Assembly: GCA_965263355.1 (NCBI GenBank)
Contig: CBDHHL010000056.1
Coordinates: forward strand, 1,984,001 to 2,048,000
DNA from: Leptolyngbyaceae cyanobacterium
Lineage (GTDB): Bacteria; Cyanobacteriota; Cyanobacteriia; Phormidesmidales; Phormidesmidaceae
DNA: 64,000 nt
Reading direction: 5' to 3'
How positions within the stretch are numbered: position 1 is the first letter of the stretch; every line of letters begins with the position of its first letter. The notes beneath the pieces were generated by a model. It saw only the letters and a list, made by a program, of their open reading frames with translations. It made no database searches and was not told the DNA's origin. A program made the translations under genes and the position numbers. Positions 20,550 to 30,100 of this stretch are shown piece after piece.

Positions 20550-21476
20550 TTGACTAATCTAACGTCTAAATTCAGTTCTTATGTACCATTACTTATTATA
20601 GTCGTTGGGCCAACGGCTGTAGGTAAGTCTGGTCTAGCCTTACAGCTAGCTGAGCGATTAAACGGCGTAATCTTAGGGGCAGATTCGCGGCAAATATATC
20701 GCGAGTTTGATATTGGCACCGCCAAGCCATCTTTAGCAGACCGGCAACAGGTACCGCATTACTTAGTGGATATATGCGAGCCGACTGAAACTTTAACAGT
20801 TGCTGATTATCAAGCCAAGGCCCAAATGTTAATTCAGCAAATACATGGACAAAAAACACATGTGCCTTTGTTGGTTGGTGGCACGGGACTGTATGTGAGT
20901 GCGATCGCAAAAGGTTTAATTATTCCCCGAGTCGCACCACAACCCTCACTGCGACAGCAGCTAACCAGTGTAGGACAACCCCAGTGTTATGCATTTTTGT
21001 GCCAGGTTGATCCGGTCGCTGCAAAACGAATTCACCCTAATGATGCGGTTCGAACCCTCCGGGCGCTAGAAGTCTACTATGCCACTGGACGCCCTATTTC
21101 AGTTCAACAGGGCGAAAATCCACCGAATTATCCCCTTACATATGTGGGGTTAGATTGTGGTGATGCTTTACGTCAGCGCATTGCTCAACGCACTCAATAT
21201 ATGTTGGAGGCTGGCTTTGTGACTGAGGTGGAATCATTGATCAATCGTTACGGCAAGAATTTGCCATTGTTAGACACCCTGGGATATGCGGAAATTAAGC
21301 AGTATTTAGCTGGGGAAATAACTTTAGATGAAGCGATTGTTTTAATTGTTCGTCATACACAACAGTTTGCGAAGCGGCAGAGGACTTGGTTTCGGAAAGT
21401 GGATGGGATTGAGTGGTTTGATTCGAACGCGTCTGATTTGATCGATCGGGTTTGGCAATATGTTCAAGGATTTTAG
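20550..21476 (+). CDS. miaA: tRNA dimethylallyltransferase
   Basis: GPTAVGKS, DSRQIY, DIGTAKP, VGGTGLY and FAKRQRTWF. Confidence 0.96.
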   Translation: MTNLTSKFSSYVPLLIIVVGPTAVGKSGLALQLAERLNGVILGADSRQIYREFDIGTAKPSLADRQQVPHYLVDICEPTETLTVADYQAKAQMLIQQIHGQKTHVPLLVGGTGLYVSAIAKGLIIPRVAPQPSLRQQLTSVGQPQCYAFLCQVDPVAAKRIHPNDAVRTLRALEVYYATGRPISVQQGENPPNYPLTYVGLDCGDALRQRIAQRTQYMLEAGFVTEVESLINRYGKNLPLLDTLGYAEIKQYLAGEITLDEAIVLIVRHTQQFAKRQRTWFRKVDGIEWFDSNASDLIDRVWQYVQGF

Positions 21477-21565
21477 ACCTACAAAATGCCAAGAAAGTCT
21501 TTCAAGTTAAATAGTTACATTCACCTCAAAAGGTTTTAACAGCAATGGCATACCTGTTCTTTTAC

Positions 21566-23218
21566 TTATTTCCTCAACCCATGACTCTTACCAATCACCC
21601 AATGCCGCCGAAAATACCTTGATAAACTCGATTCTTCCAACGTCAAACAAATCGGTCGCCCATGGGGACAAGTACGTGGATTCTTCGTCCGCTGCCAATC
21701 ATCCAAAAGTGTTTGCATAGCCTCTAATGCCAACGGCGTACCATTCCGAATCGCCGTGCGACAAGCCGTTGCCACCATCGCCTCATCAATATCCCCTCCT
21801 AAACTCATTTCAAGTAAGGCATCGGCACAATCTTCTCGCTCCACTAGAGGAACCGGCACCGATCTTACGGCCCAAAGATTTTCTCCAAATAAATCAATCT
21901 CTAAATTTAACCGCTTTAGCTGTTCTACCTGCCGAGCACTAAGCTGACTCAGAATAATAGCAGGCTCTACAGGAACTGTTTTCCAATGCGCCTTAATCTG
22001 CTCATAAATCACCCGCTCATGGGCAATGTGCTGCTCCACCAGACACAGACCACCGCTGTGCTCGGCCACGATGTAGGTGTCTTGAACCTGGGCGACGGCT
22101 TTGAGCTGACTTGGTAGCTCGTGGCCACTAAAGCCATACCCCCCCGCCGCCTCAGCCACCTTAAAGAGCTGTTTAGTACGCTGGGTTTGGGCATTGTCTA
22201 CCACGTTTGATAGCCGTAATGTCTTTTCAACCGCAGTGGCAAGGCGATCGCACCACCCCTCCATATCTTGCAGATAAATCTCCGACTTAGCCGGATTCCG
22301 ATTCCAGTCAATCTGCTGGGACGGTACCCGCAGATGCAAAAAGCACACCGGATAGCGATCGCGGGGTAACGTCCGTCGAAAGTTATAGATCAATGACTGC
22401 ACTAAAACAGGTGCACTCACCGTCCGACCATTAATCGCCACCCGCACCCAGTCCGGACGACGACGATGACAGCGATCCGGCAACCCCACCAGCAAATCTA
22501 GCTGGCTCTGGGCACAGCCTAAATCCTCAGCGCTAAGGCTCACCTGTGCCAAATCATGGACGGTGACATCTCGTAAAATCTGGGGCAACATCGTTTTAGC
22601 CGTCGACCCAGGCCACAGAGTAAACCAAGCCCGGTCAGTATGGGCCACCTGCCAAGTCACCTGGGGATGGCAAAGGGCTAACTGCTGCACTGTTTGCTGC
22701 ACTTGACGCAGCTGTTGAGCCACGGCTGGCAACACCTGACGTCGGTTGGGGAGTCGGGCAAAAAGATTATCAGCGGTGACTACGGTGCCGGGGGCAATCC
22801 CCACTTCTTCAATCCCTAAAACCAACCCCTCAGAACCATAGTTCACCCGCCAGCCCATATCTCCTGCTACCCGGCTGCGAATCTCTAACTCCGACAGCTG
22901 GGCCAGACTATGTAATGCCTCACCGCGAAACCCAAGACTATGAATTTGCCTCAGATCGTCACAGGTACGAATCTTACTAGTGCTATGGGCCGTCGCCGCC
23001 TGTTCTAAATCAGCGCGATTGATCCCGGTACCATTGTCGGTCACCCGCACCCGCCATAGGTCTGGCCACAAATGAATAGCAATCCTGGTCGCTCCAGCAT
23101 CTAGCGCATTCTCAGATAGCTCTCGCGCAACCGCCGCCAGAGAGTCAATCACTTCTCCAGCGGCAATCAAACTGATCACATCCTGGGACAGGCGTTGAAT
23201 AGGTGAAGCAATGGTAAT
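21566..23218 (-). CDS. mutL: DNA mismatch repair endonuclease MutL (track start GTG 23179; probable ATT start 23218)
   Basis: IAAGEVI, ELSENALDA, HSTSKI, LGFRGEAL, EQHIAHER, ACR and CPHGRP motifs. Confidence 0.95.
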   Translation of the reverse strand: MTIASPIQRLSQDVISLIAAGEVIDSLAAVARELSENALDAGATRIAIHLWPDLWRVRVTDNGTGINRADLEQAATAHSTSKIRTCDDLRQIHSLGFRGEALHSLAQLSELEIRSRVAGDMGWRVNYGSEGLVLGIEEVGIAPGTVVTADNLFARLPNRRQVLPAVAQQLRQVQQTVQQLALCHPQVTWQVAHTDRAWFTLWPGSTAKTMLPQILRDVTVHDLAQVSLSAEDLGCAQSQLDLLVGLPDRCHRRRPDWVRVAINGRTVSAPVLVQSLIYNFRRTLPRDRYPVCFLHLRVPSQQIDWNRNPAKSEIYLQDMEGWCDRLATAVEKTLRLSNVVDNAQTQRTKQLFKVAEAAGGYGFSGHELPSQLKAVAQVQDTYIVAEHSGGLCLVEQHIAHERVIYEQIKAHWKTVPVEPAIILSQLSARQVEQLKRLNLEIDLFGENLWAVRSVPVPLVEREDCADALLEMSLGGDIDEAMVATACRTAIRNGTPLALEAMQTLLDDWQRTKNPRTCPHGRPICLTLEESSLSRYFRRHWVIGKSHGLRK

Positions 23219-23275
23219 AGTAAACGCTCCGTAGGTGTTAATGTTCTTCTAACGCTATCGCGAAAGACGAATTTT

Positions 23276-23878
23276 ATGATCTCAGAGATCTATAAGCCAG
23301 CCTCAATTGCTAAGATTCAAGCCGAGAAGGGCAAAATGCGTCGGTCGTTACTAAAGGCACGTCAGGCAATCCCCCCCCAGGTTTGGCGACAGAAGTGCGA
23401 TCGCATTTGTACCCATCTAGGCCAATGGCCTACCTTCCAAAAAGCACGTACGACATTGGCCTATTGCAGCTTTCGCAATGAACCAGACCTCGGCAGCCTA
23501 CTGGCCCAGCAACGCTCTTGGGGACTTCCTCGTTGCCAGGGGAAAACGCTTATTTGGCATCGATGGTTTCCCACCTGTCGTTGGCCCTTACGCTCTGGCA
23601 CCTATGGCATTACCGAACCAGATCCCACATCACCAGTGGTGGATCCACGTCGAGTAGACTTAATTTTAGTGCCAGCCGTCGCCTGTGATGTCAAAGGCTA
23701 CCGCTTAGGCTACGGTGGTGGCTTCTATGATCGCATGCTCAGTCAACCCAGCTGGCAGGGCAAACCCACTATTGGTATTGTGTTCGAGTTTGCTCGCTTA
23801 CCCCAGATTCCCAAAAACAGTTGGGACCGCCCTTTAGATGGTATCTGTACCGAAAGTGGCTTGTTTCTGGCGGACTAG
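23276..23878 (+). CDS. 5-formyltetrahydrofolate cyclo-ligase
   Basis: DLILVPAVACD, RLGYGGGFYDRML and WDRPLD motifs. Confidence 0.92.
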   Translation: MISEIYKPASIAKIQAEKGKMRRSLLKARQAIPPQVWRQKCDRICTHLGQWPTFQKARTTLAYCSFRNEPDLGSLLAQQRSWGLPRCQGKTLIWHRWFPTCRWPLRSGTYGITEPDPTSPVVDPRRVDLILVPAVACDVKGYRLGYGGGFYDRMLSQPSWQGKPTIGIVFEFARLPQIPKNSWDRPLDGICTESGLFLAD

Positions 23879-24276
23879 TCATGAACCAACTTCACAGTTT
23901 GCTAGCTGGACTTTATTGAATTTTTTTCATCAACTGAACAGTGGGTTACTCACTAGATTTTCTTAAAACAGTCCGTACTTTCACGGTTAAAGTTAGAGGG
24001 CAGACTGCGGCAGCAACAGATATTGCACTAAGTGCACATTGATCCTGATAACCATAACGATAAAAACGGCTAAGTCACTGCATCAATTGGATAAAAAATC
24101 CATAAAGGCACTGATAGATTTAACCAACTTCACCATCTTTAAGAATGCGCACTTTATGCCTTCTTTATCCTTATAGCCAGATGGGATTGCGTAAGTAAAA
24201 AGTAATGATGACTGAGTTACCTTTATTCATCAGCTGAATCACTTACCCGCCAATATTAGACGCAAAGGTTATATCT

Positions 24277-24567
24277 ATGCCATCCGTTACTAATCCGTCC
24301 ACTCAAACGTTTCATCCAGGCTTTTGCACTGCAACGATAAAACCTGCCCACACATTTCGCTTAGGCGAAATTTTAGTTCGCCATGGCTCTATCTCTAAAG
24401 AGCAGCTAGAGCAAGTAATTCTAGCCCAAGCCCAGCAAACTGACTGTCATTTCAAATATAAGCTGGGTGAAATGTTACTCTCTAAAAAAATGATTACTAC
24501 TCAAGAATTAAGAGCTGGGTTAAAAGAACAATTTTGGCGTAATCATGGTTTCTGGGTGATCGACTAA
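24277..24567 (+). CDS. Small stand-alone protein with two MshEN-like (RLGxxL) motifs
   Basis: RLGEILVRHGSISKEQLEQVILAQ and KLGEMLLSKKMITTQELRAGLKEQ. Confidence 0.7.
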   Translation: MPSVTNPSTQTFHPGFCTATIKPAHTFRLGEILVRHGSISKEQLEQVILAQAQQTDCHFKYKLGEMLLSKKMITTQELRAGLKEQFWRNHGFWVID

Positions 24568-24580
24568 GCTCAACGGACAA

Positions 24581-25606
24581 TCAGGATAGAATTCCTGAGA
24601 GCACCAATTTACCAACCATCTGACGTGATTCTAGACGCTCATGGGCTTTTGCCAAGTTATCAGGACTCAGTAGCCCCAAATGCTCCGTCATCGTACTTTT
24701 AACAACACCCCGCTCTATAAGGTCGGCCACCCGATTCAGTAACTCATGTTGTGAACGCATATCGACTGTCTCATAAAGAGCTTTGGTAAACATAAACTCC
24801 CAGGCAAAGGCAACACTTTTATTTTTCAATAAATTTAGATCAGGAGGTGTTTTAGTCGAAACTACAGCGCAAATTCCCCCCTGAGGCTTAATCAAATCAG
24901 CCATAACTTGCCAGTAGTAATTCGTATCATTAAGACAGAGAATATAATCAACAGCTTTTATCCCTAGTCTCTCCAACTCAGCCTTCAAATCACCATGATG
25001 ATTGACACAGTGAGCGGCACCTAACTGCATACACCATTTTCTCGAAACCCCTCTAGACGCTGTTGCAATTACTTGCAAACCAGCATACCTGGCCAACTGA
25101 ATTGCCATTGAGCCAACACCACCCGCAGCACCAATAATTAGCAGAGTAGCGTTATTACTCCCAGTCTCAGAAGAGATCTTCAAACGTTCAAAAAGAGACT
25201 CCCAAGCAGTAATAGTGGTTAATGGCAACGCTGCTGCCTCTTCAAAAGACAGGCGCTTTGGCTTATAGCCAACAATACGCTCATCGACCAAGTGATACTC
25301 ACTATTACAGCCAGGTCTTGCAATACTGCCAGCATAGTAAACCTCATCTCCAGGTTGAAACAGGGTAACCTGCTGCCCCACAGCTGTCACAACGCCAGCC
25401 GCATCCCAACCCAGAATTTTAGGTGTCATCAATCGCCCTTGTACAGAAGCACGAACTTTACAGTCAATCGGATTTACGGACACTGCTCGCACCTGAACCT
25501 GCAAGTCTCGCTCACCCAGCTTTGGCATCGCCAGGTAACACTCCATAAAACAGTCGGGATGGCCTACAGGCAGGAATTGACTCACTCCAAACGCTTTCAT
25601 CATCAT
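24581..25606 (-). CDS. Zinc-binding alcohol dehydrogenase / quinone oxidoreductase family protein
   Basis: VSVNPIDCK, ILGWDAAGVV, AAALPLTTITAWE and GAAGGVGS. ATG run at 25600-25606 taken as start. Confidence 0.9.
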   Translation of the reverse strand: MMMKAFGVSQFLPVGHPDCFMECYLAMPKLGERDLQVQVRAVSVNPIDCKVRASVQGRLMTPKILGWDAAGVVTAVGQQVTLFQPGDEVYYAGSIARPGCNSEYHLVDERIVGYKPKRLSFEEAAALPLTTITAWESLFERLKISSETGSNNATLLIIGAAGGVGSMAIQLARYAGLQVIATASRGVSRKWCMQLGAAHCVNHHGDLKAELERLGIKAVDYILCLNDTNYYWQVMADLIKPQGGICAVVSTKTPPDLNLLKNKSVAFAWEFMFTKALYETVDMRSQHELLNRVADLIERGVVKSTMTEHLGLLSPDNLAKAHERLESRQMVGKLVLSGILS

Positions 25607-26129
25607 AGCAATCACTTGAACACCCCAATTACAAGGCCTACTTTTGCTCCTCCTGTTCTTCCGACAACCTAGCAAAACCTTAATTCAGCCTGAATACGCC
25701 ACAAGACATCGCAAAGCACCAATTCATGACAAAGGAGGCCACTATCAGCATAGAGCGGACTAGATGTCGTTAATCGTCCACCAACAAAAAGGACAACAAA
25801 ATAGTATACACAAACACATATCTGTCATTCCCTAACCTTAAAAAAAGTCTTCTAGCTCACAGACTAACTAGACAACGATGTGGTTATGTTCTAAACAGAA
25901 TACGCAGTACCTATGAGCCTATAGGCACTCCCTTTATTCTACGAAAAATAAAAATTGTTATTTCAGCCTTCATAACTCAAAACTTATCTTGTCTGATGTA
26001 GCCTAAGTTACTTATTTGTAGACAGTTACGAATCTTTTATCTTTGGACACTTCTAGTAAGTTTTTTGTGGTTTTGTCTGATATTGTAAAGTTTATTATAT
26101 ATTGCGGTTGCTATTTACTTGGAACAACA

Positions 26130-27902
26130 ATGGCAAATACTACCCAAGCTGTTAAAGCATTTATTTCAGCTTACGACAGTACTACTTTGGCATCTCAAAA
26201 GTTAGATGATGCCATTGAAGCTATGTGTTGTAGCAAATCTTTCAGAAGTTTGATTCTCGCATTGGTCAAAAGTCCTGCTTTCTCTGAAGAACTTGGAAAA
26301 GAGTTTGAAGAAGCGGGTGCAATCTTAGGACTATCCGCCTGTCGTAGCCTACGCAGTTGTCTCAACTTTTCCATTGGGCAATTTTTTGGGCTTTTGGCTG
26401 AGGTGATTTCTGCTTTTGATCAAGCAGCGGGGGAGAGATGGAGCAGGTTCGCTAATCGCTTACATGGGTCCAATTTTGGGGTTGGCAAGCTCCTAGAGCG
26501 TCTTCTGCGCAGCGCCGAAAGCAGTTTTTACAAGGACTTAGCTGCTAAACTAGTTGATGAAAATCCCCATGCGGTTTATCCCACCTCTAGCTATCGTGAG
26601 AGTCAGGCTAACGTAGTCAGCACCGATGACGACCAAGTCATTGAAGCCGTGATGACAGCACGAACATTTACATCTATTCGTGTGGTTGAAAATACGCTAG
26701 AGCCAGAACAAACAGTGTTGCGTGACATGTACATTAGCCATGGTCGCTGCATTTGCTTAGTCGATAAAAATGTTGAAAGCTATTATGGCGAAAAGATTGA
26801 AGCCTATTTCAACTATCACGGTATTCACTTGGAGAAGCTTGTATACCGAGCCATGGAAGTCGATAAGGGCATTCGTACTGTGGAACGGATGTTAGGAGAT
26901 TTCAAACGGCTTGGCGTCTGTCGCCATGAACCCGTTTTGCTCATTGGTGGTGGGGTTATCGCCGATACCGGTGGTCTTGCCTGTGCCCTTTACCACCGAA
27001 ATACCCCCTACGTTATGCTTTCTACATCTATTGTGGCAGGCATTGATGCAGGTCCTTCTCCCCGCACATGCTGCGATGGTTTTGGTTACAAAAATCTCTT
27101 CGGCGCATATCATGCGCCAGTTCTATCCTTAACTGACCGTTTCTTCTTTAAGACACTGCGGGAAGGTTGGCTACGCCATGGCATTATAGAAATCATCAAA
27201 ATGGCTGCAATCAAGGATCTGGAGCTATTTGAATATCTCGAACAGGCTGGACCAGAACTAATTGAAACTCGTTTTGGTACTCTCAATTGTGAACCGGGCT
27301 CCAACATTAGTGTTCTTTCTCAGAAAATTCTTGGAGCTGCACTCAGAAGTTATGTTGAGGCAGAATACGGCAATCTCTATGAAACCCACCAATGTCGTCC
27401 TCATGCCTATGGACATACCTGGTCTCCCGGTTTCGAGATTGAAGCAGGGTTACTACATGGTCACGCCGTCGCTATAGGCATGGGCTTTGGTGCTTACCTC
27501 AGCTACTGCGAAAACTGGATTACTGCTGAGCAATTCCATCGAATTTTAAAGCTGATCAGTTCCTTTGGCCTTAGTCTCTGGCATGATGTTCTCCTGAATA
27601 AGGAAACCCTGTGGGCCTCCCAGGAAAAGATTATTCAAAAGCGCGGTGGGAACTTGGCAGCTCCCTTACCCAAGGGTGAAATTGGTAAATGCGGCTATCT
27701 CAACTCCTTAACCCAGGAAGAACTGTACGCCGCTATCAGCGCTTACCGTGAAATTTGCCAAGACTACCCACGTCAGGGCGTCGGCATTGACCCACTGTGC
27801 AGTGATGTTGGCCTCGAAGATCCATCTACTATAGGTCATAGCCTAATGGAAACCGCCAAAGAACACTCCACAGAAACAGCCGAAGTTCTATTTCCTGTAT
27901 AG
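26130..27902 (+). CDS. Sedoheptulose 7-phosphate cyclase, long divergent 2-demethyl-4-deoxygadusol synthase (MysA-like) with N-terminal extension
   Basis: DHQS-superfamily motifs IGGGVIADTGG, STSIVAGIDAG, KNLFGAYH, EIIKMA, HAYGHTWSP (DDGS-type) and LLHGHAV. ATG 26130 gives 590 aa. Confidence 0.85.
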   Translation: MANTTQAVKAFISAYDSTTLASQKLDDAIEAMCCSKSFRSLILALVKSPAFSEELGKEFEEAGAILGLSACRSLRSCLNFSIGQFFGLLAEVISAFDQAAGERWSRFANRLHGSNFGVGKLLERLLRSAESSFYKDLAAKLVDENPHAVYPTSSYRESQANVVSTDDDQVIEAVMTARTFTSIRVVENTLEPEQTVLRDMYISHGRCICLVDKNVESYYGEKIEAYFNYHGIHLEKLVYRAMEVDKGIRTVERMLGDFKRLGVCRHEPVLLIGGGVIADTGGLACALYHRNTPYVMLSTSIVAGIDAGPSPRTCCDGFGYKNLFGAYHAPVLSLTDRFFFKTLREGWLRHGIIEIIKMAAIKDLELFEYLEQAGPELIETRFGTLNCEPGSNISVLSQKILGAALRSYVEAEYGNLYETHQCRPHAYGHTWSPGFEIEAGLLHGHAVAIGMGFGAYLSYCENWITAEQFHRILKLISSFGLSLWHDVLLNKETLWASQEKIIQKRGGNLAAPLPKGEIGKCGYLNSLTQEELYAAISAYREICQDYPRQGVGIDPLCSDVGLEDPSTIGHSLMETAKEHSTETAEVLFPV

Positions 27903-27912
27903 GAAAACCTCT

Positions 27913-27940
27913 GTAGGGGCATTGCATGTAATGCCCCTAC
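27913..27940. repeat. REP-like palindrome / hairpin
   Basis: GTAGGGGCATTGCATGTAATGCCCCTAC, a near-perfect palindrome starting with GTAG, between two co-oriented genes. Confidence 0.75.
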
Positions 27941-27990
27941 TTACTACATAATTGTCATCCCTTTTGCTTACACGAACGCTTGAGATTGTC

Positions 27991-29016
27991 ATGGCGCATC
28001 CTCCCTTTGATATTGTTATTCCACTATTTCGTACCCGCTGGAACACTCGCGCTGTTTTAGAAGGCTTAACTTTTCACTATCAACCTCAAGCGATCCACAT
28101 TATTACCCTGCCTGATGAGGTAGCCTCTTTAGCGCAAATATCTAAAGAGTGGAAAACTGCCCCCCTTCATATTCATAACGAAGAAATATTTTTCCAAACA
28201 GTTGGGTTAACTAAAACCTCTATTTGCGCCGAACTAAACCTGGGTAAATCACTCTACAACCCTGGCTGGTTTTATCAGCAGCTCTTAAAACTTGGCGCGT
28301 TTGAAGGCCTTCCTGACCTCAGTGAATGGTACTTAGTTTGGGACAGCGATCTGCTACCTGTAGCAACCTGGCCAACATTACGTGGTGAAGGGGACAATTT
28401 AGAACATATGTTTGCTCTGTTGCAGCATAATGCCTATGGCAATCCCACCATTGTTGGGAAATGGGAAACTTGGATTCAATCAGTCTTAGGAGTACCCCCC
28501 TTAACAGATGAGACAGGAACCTTTGTGCCCCACCACATGTGGTTTAAGCAAGACCATCTGAAATCATTTGCCCAACAGATTAATAACTACTACGAATCTA
28601 CGGCTCATTGGCTGCTATTGATGATGCGCTCAGCCAATGATTTTGGTACCTTTAGTGAGTATTGGGCCTACGTTTCATGGGTAGCCAACCAAACGCCGAC
28701 AGACATTGCCTTTTATCCCTATGCCCAATACGGAGAAACCACCGAACGCTTCTTTGATGATGGTACAGGCCTATTCTCCACAACCCTGAGAACCAGTCTA
28801 TCGATAGAGCCTAATGGACCAGATGATGGCTTTTCTCCTGCCTATACAGAGGTGAATACATTCATCCAGACTGAGTATGGCGAAGATGCATTACCCTCTT
28901 CAATTGCCTTTGAAAGCAGCCCTCGCCATTTGAAAAAGAATAGCGAGACTATGCACATTGAAGAAACACGCTCTCGCTGGAATCCACGAATGGCAGGAGA
29001 ACCAGCGGCAGTTTAA
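27991..29016 (+). CDS. Unknown protein with GT-A/nucleotide-diphospho-sugar transferase-like features (DUF6492-like)
   Basis: FDIVIP N-terminal strand, PGWFYQQLLKL, YLVWDSD (DxD) and FSEY. ATG 27991. Confidence 0.6.
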   Translation: MAHPPFDIVIPLFRTRWNTRAVLEGLTFHYQPQAIHIITLPDEVASLAQISKEWKTAPLHIHNEEIFFQTVGLTKTSICAELNLGKSLYNPGWFYQQLLKLGAFEGLPDLSEWYLVWDSDLLPVATWPTLRGEGDNLEHMFALLQHNAYGNPTIVGKWETWIQSVLGVPPLTDETGTFVPHHMWFKQDHLKSFAQQINNYYESTAHWLLLMMRSANDFGTFSEYWAYVSWVANQTPTDIAFYPYAQYGETTERFFDDGTGLFSTTLRTSLSIEPNGPDDGFSPAYTEVNTFIQTEYGEDALPSSIAFESSPRHLKKNSETMHIEETRSRWNPRMAGEPAAV

Positions 29017-29070
29017 CAAATGGCAAGTAGCAAGCGATAAGTAGCAAGTAACGCACAAAAGAAACGCTCG

Positions 29071-29901
29071 TTACTTTTCAATTAAGCTCACCGCTGCCTG
29101 CTTCACTACCTCTAACAGCTCTAGAGAAAGATGCAAACTGTTAAGGTCAACATCCCCCGCCTTGGGCTTGGGTTGAGGACCATGGTAATCGCTTCCCCCT
29201 GTCATCAATAAGCCATACTGGTCACACAGGTCTTCCAGTACTCGTTCTTCACTGATACTGTGCTGCGGGTGATATACCTCTACACCCATCAGGCCAGCGT
29301 TGACTAATTCGGGCAGTACCTCTTCCACGATACCTCCTTGGAATAGATAGGGATGGGCCCAAACTGGCACTGCGCCACAACTTATCAGAAGTTCGATACC
29401 TTCTTGGGCGGTAAACTTCTCATAGGGCACATAGGCAGGACCATGATCGCCAATAAACCGTTGGAATGCATCCTGTTGAGAGGTGACGTGGCCAGCTGCC
29501 AGCAGCGCATTGGCAATGTGGGGACGACCGGGGGCCATATTGCCAGGCATAGAGGGTAATTCAATGGGAAACCCCAGCTCAGTGAGCTTATCTACCATTT
29601 TCTGTGCCCGACGATGACGGCCCTGAATTCGTTCATTTAAGGGGGCCTCTATCTTTTGCGGATCTGGATAGAAGCCCAGAATATGCATAGACCGCTCGTT
29701 GTAAGTTGTACTTAGTTCGATACCGGGGACAATTTCTAAACCATAGGTTTGGGCAGCACTACGGGCCTCATCCCAACCAGAAATGGTGTCGTGATCAGTG
29801 ATGGCTAACGCCTTTACTCCTTTGGCTGCCGCTCGCTCGACTAGCTTTGTCGGGGTCAAGGTACCGTCTGAAAATGTAGTGTGACAGTGGAGTTCGAGCA
29901 T
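29071..29901 (-). CDS. PHP-domain phosphoesterase (TrpH/YciV-like)
   Basis: ELHCHTTFSDG, LAITDHD, GIELS, GRPHIA and GGSDYHG. ATG 29901. Confidence 0.92.
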   Translation of the reverse strand: MLELHCHTTFSDGTLTPTKLVERAAAKGVKALAITDHDTISGWDEARSAAQTYGLEIVPGIELSTTYNERSMHILGFYPDPQKIEAPLNERIQGRHRRAQKMVDKLTELGFPIELPSMPGNMAPGRPHIANALLAAGHVTSQQDAFQRFIGDHGPAYVPYEKFTAQEGIELLISCGAVPVWAHPYLFQGGIVEEVLPELVNAGLMGVEVYHPQHSISEERVLEDLCDQYGLLMTGGSDYHGPQPKPKAGDVDLNSLHLSLELLEVVKQAAVSLIEK

Positions 29902-30100
29902 AGGGTAAAAGGGGAAAGGAAAGAGGTAAAGGAGTAAGGACGTAGGGTGGGCACGGCCCAATAGATTCATCGCCCAACGCTATTTCAATTATGGACAGAT
30001 TTAGATCGTAATGTCCCAGGCAAAAAAATAAGGATTTGTTGATGCAGCCTGGTATTCACTCAATGGTCTGTGTAGGGTATGCATAACCAACACACAACTA

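Noticed and set aside
26043..27902. aroB (3-dehydroquinate synthase) call
   Set aside because: The length and the AYGHTWSP motif fit sedoheptulose-7-phosphate cyclases, not AroB (NxGHT).
29017..29975. Short 7-8-mer tandem runs flanking the PHP gene (also the duplicated AGCCCCTACTACTC near 50130)
   Set aside because: These are ordinary cyanobacterial STRR/REP-type low-complexity repeats; the upstream run also creates the spurious N-terminal extension to 29970.
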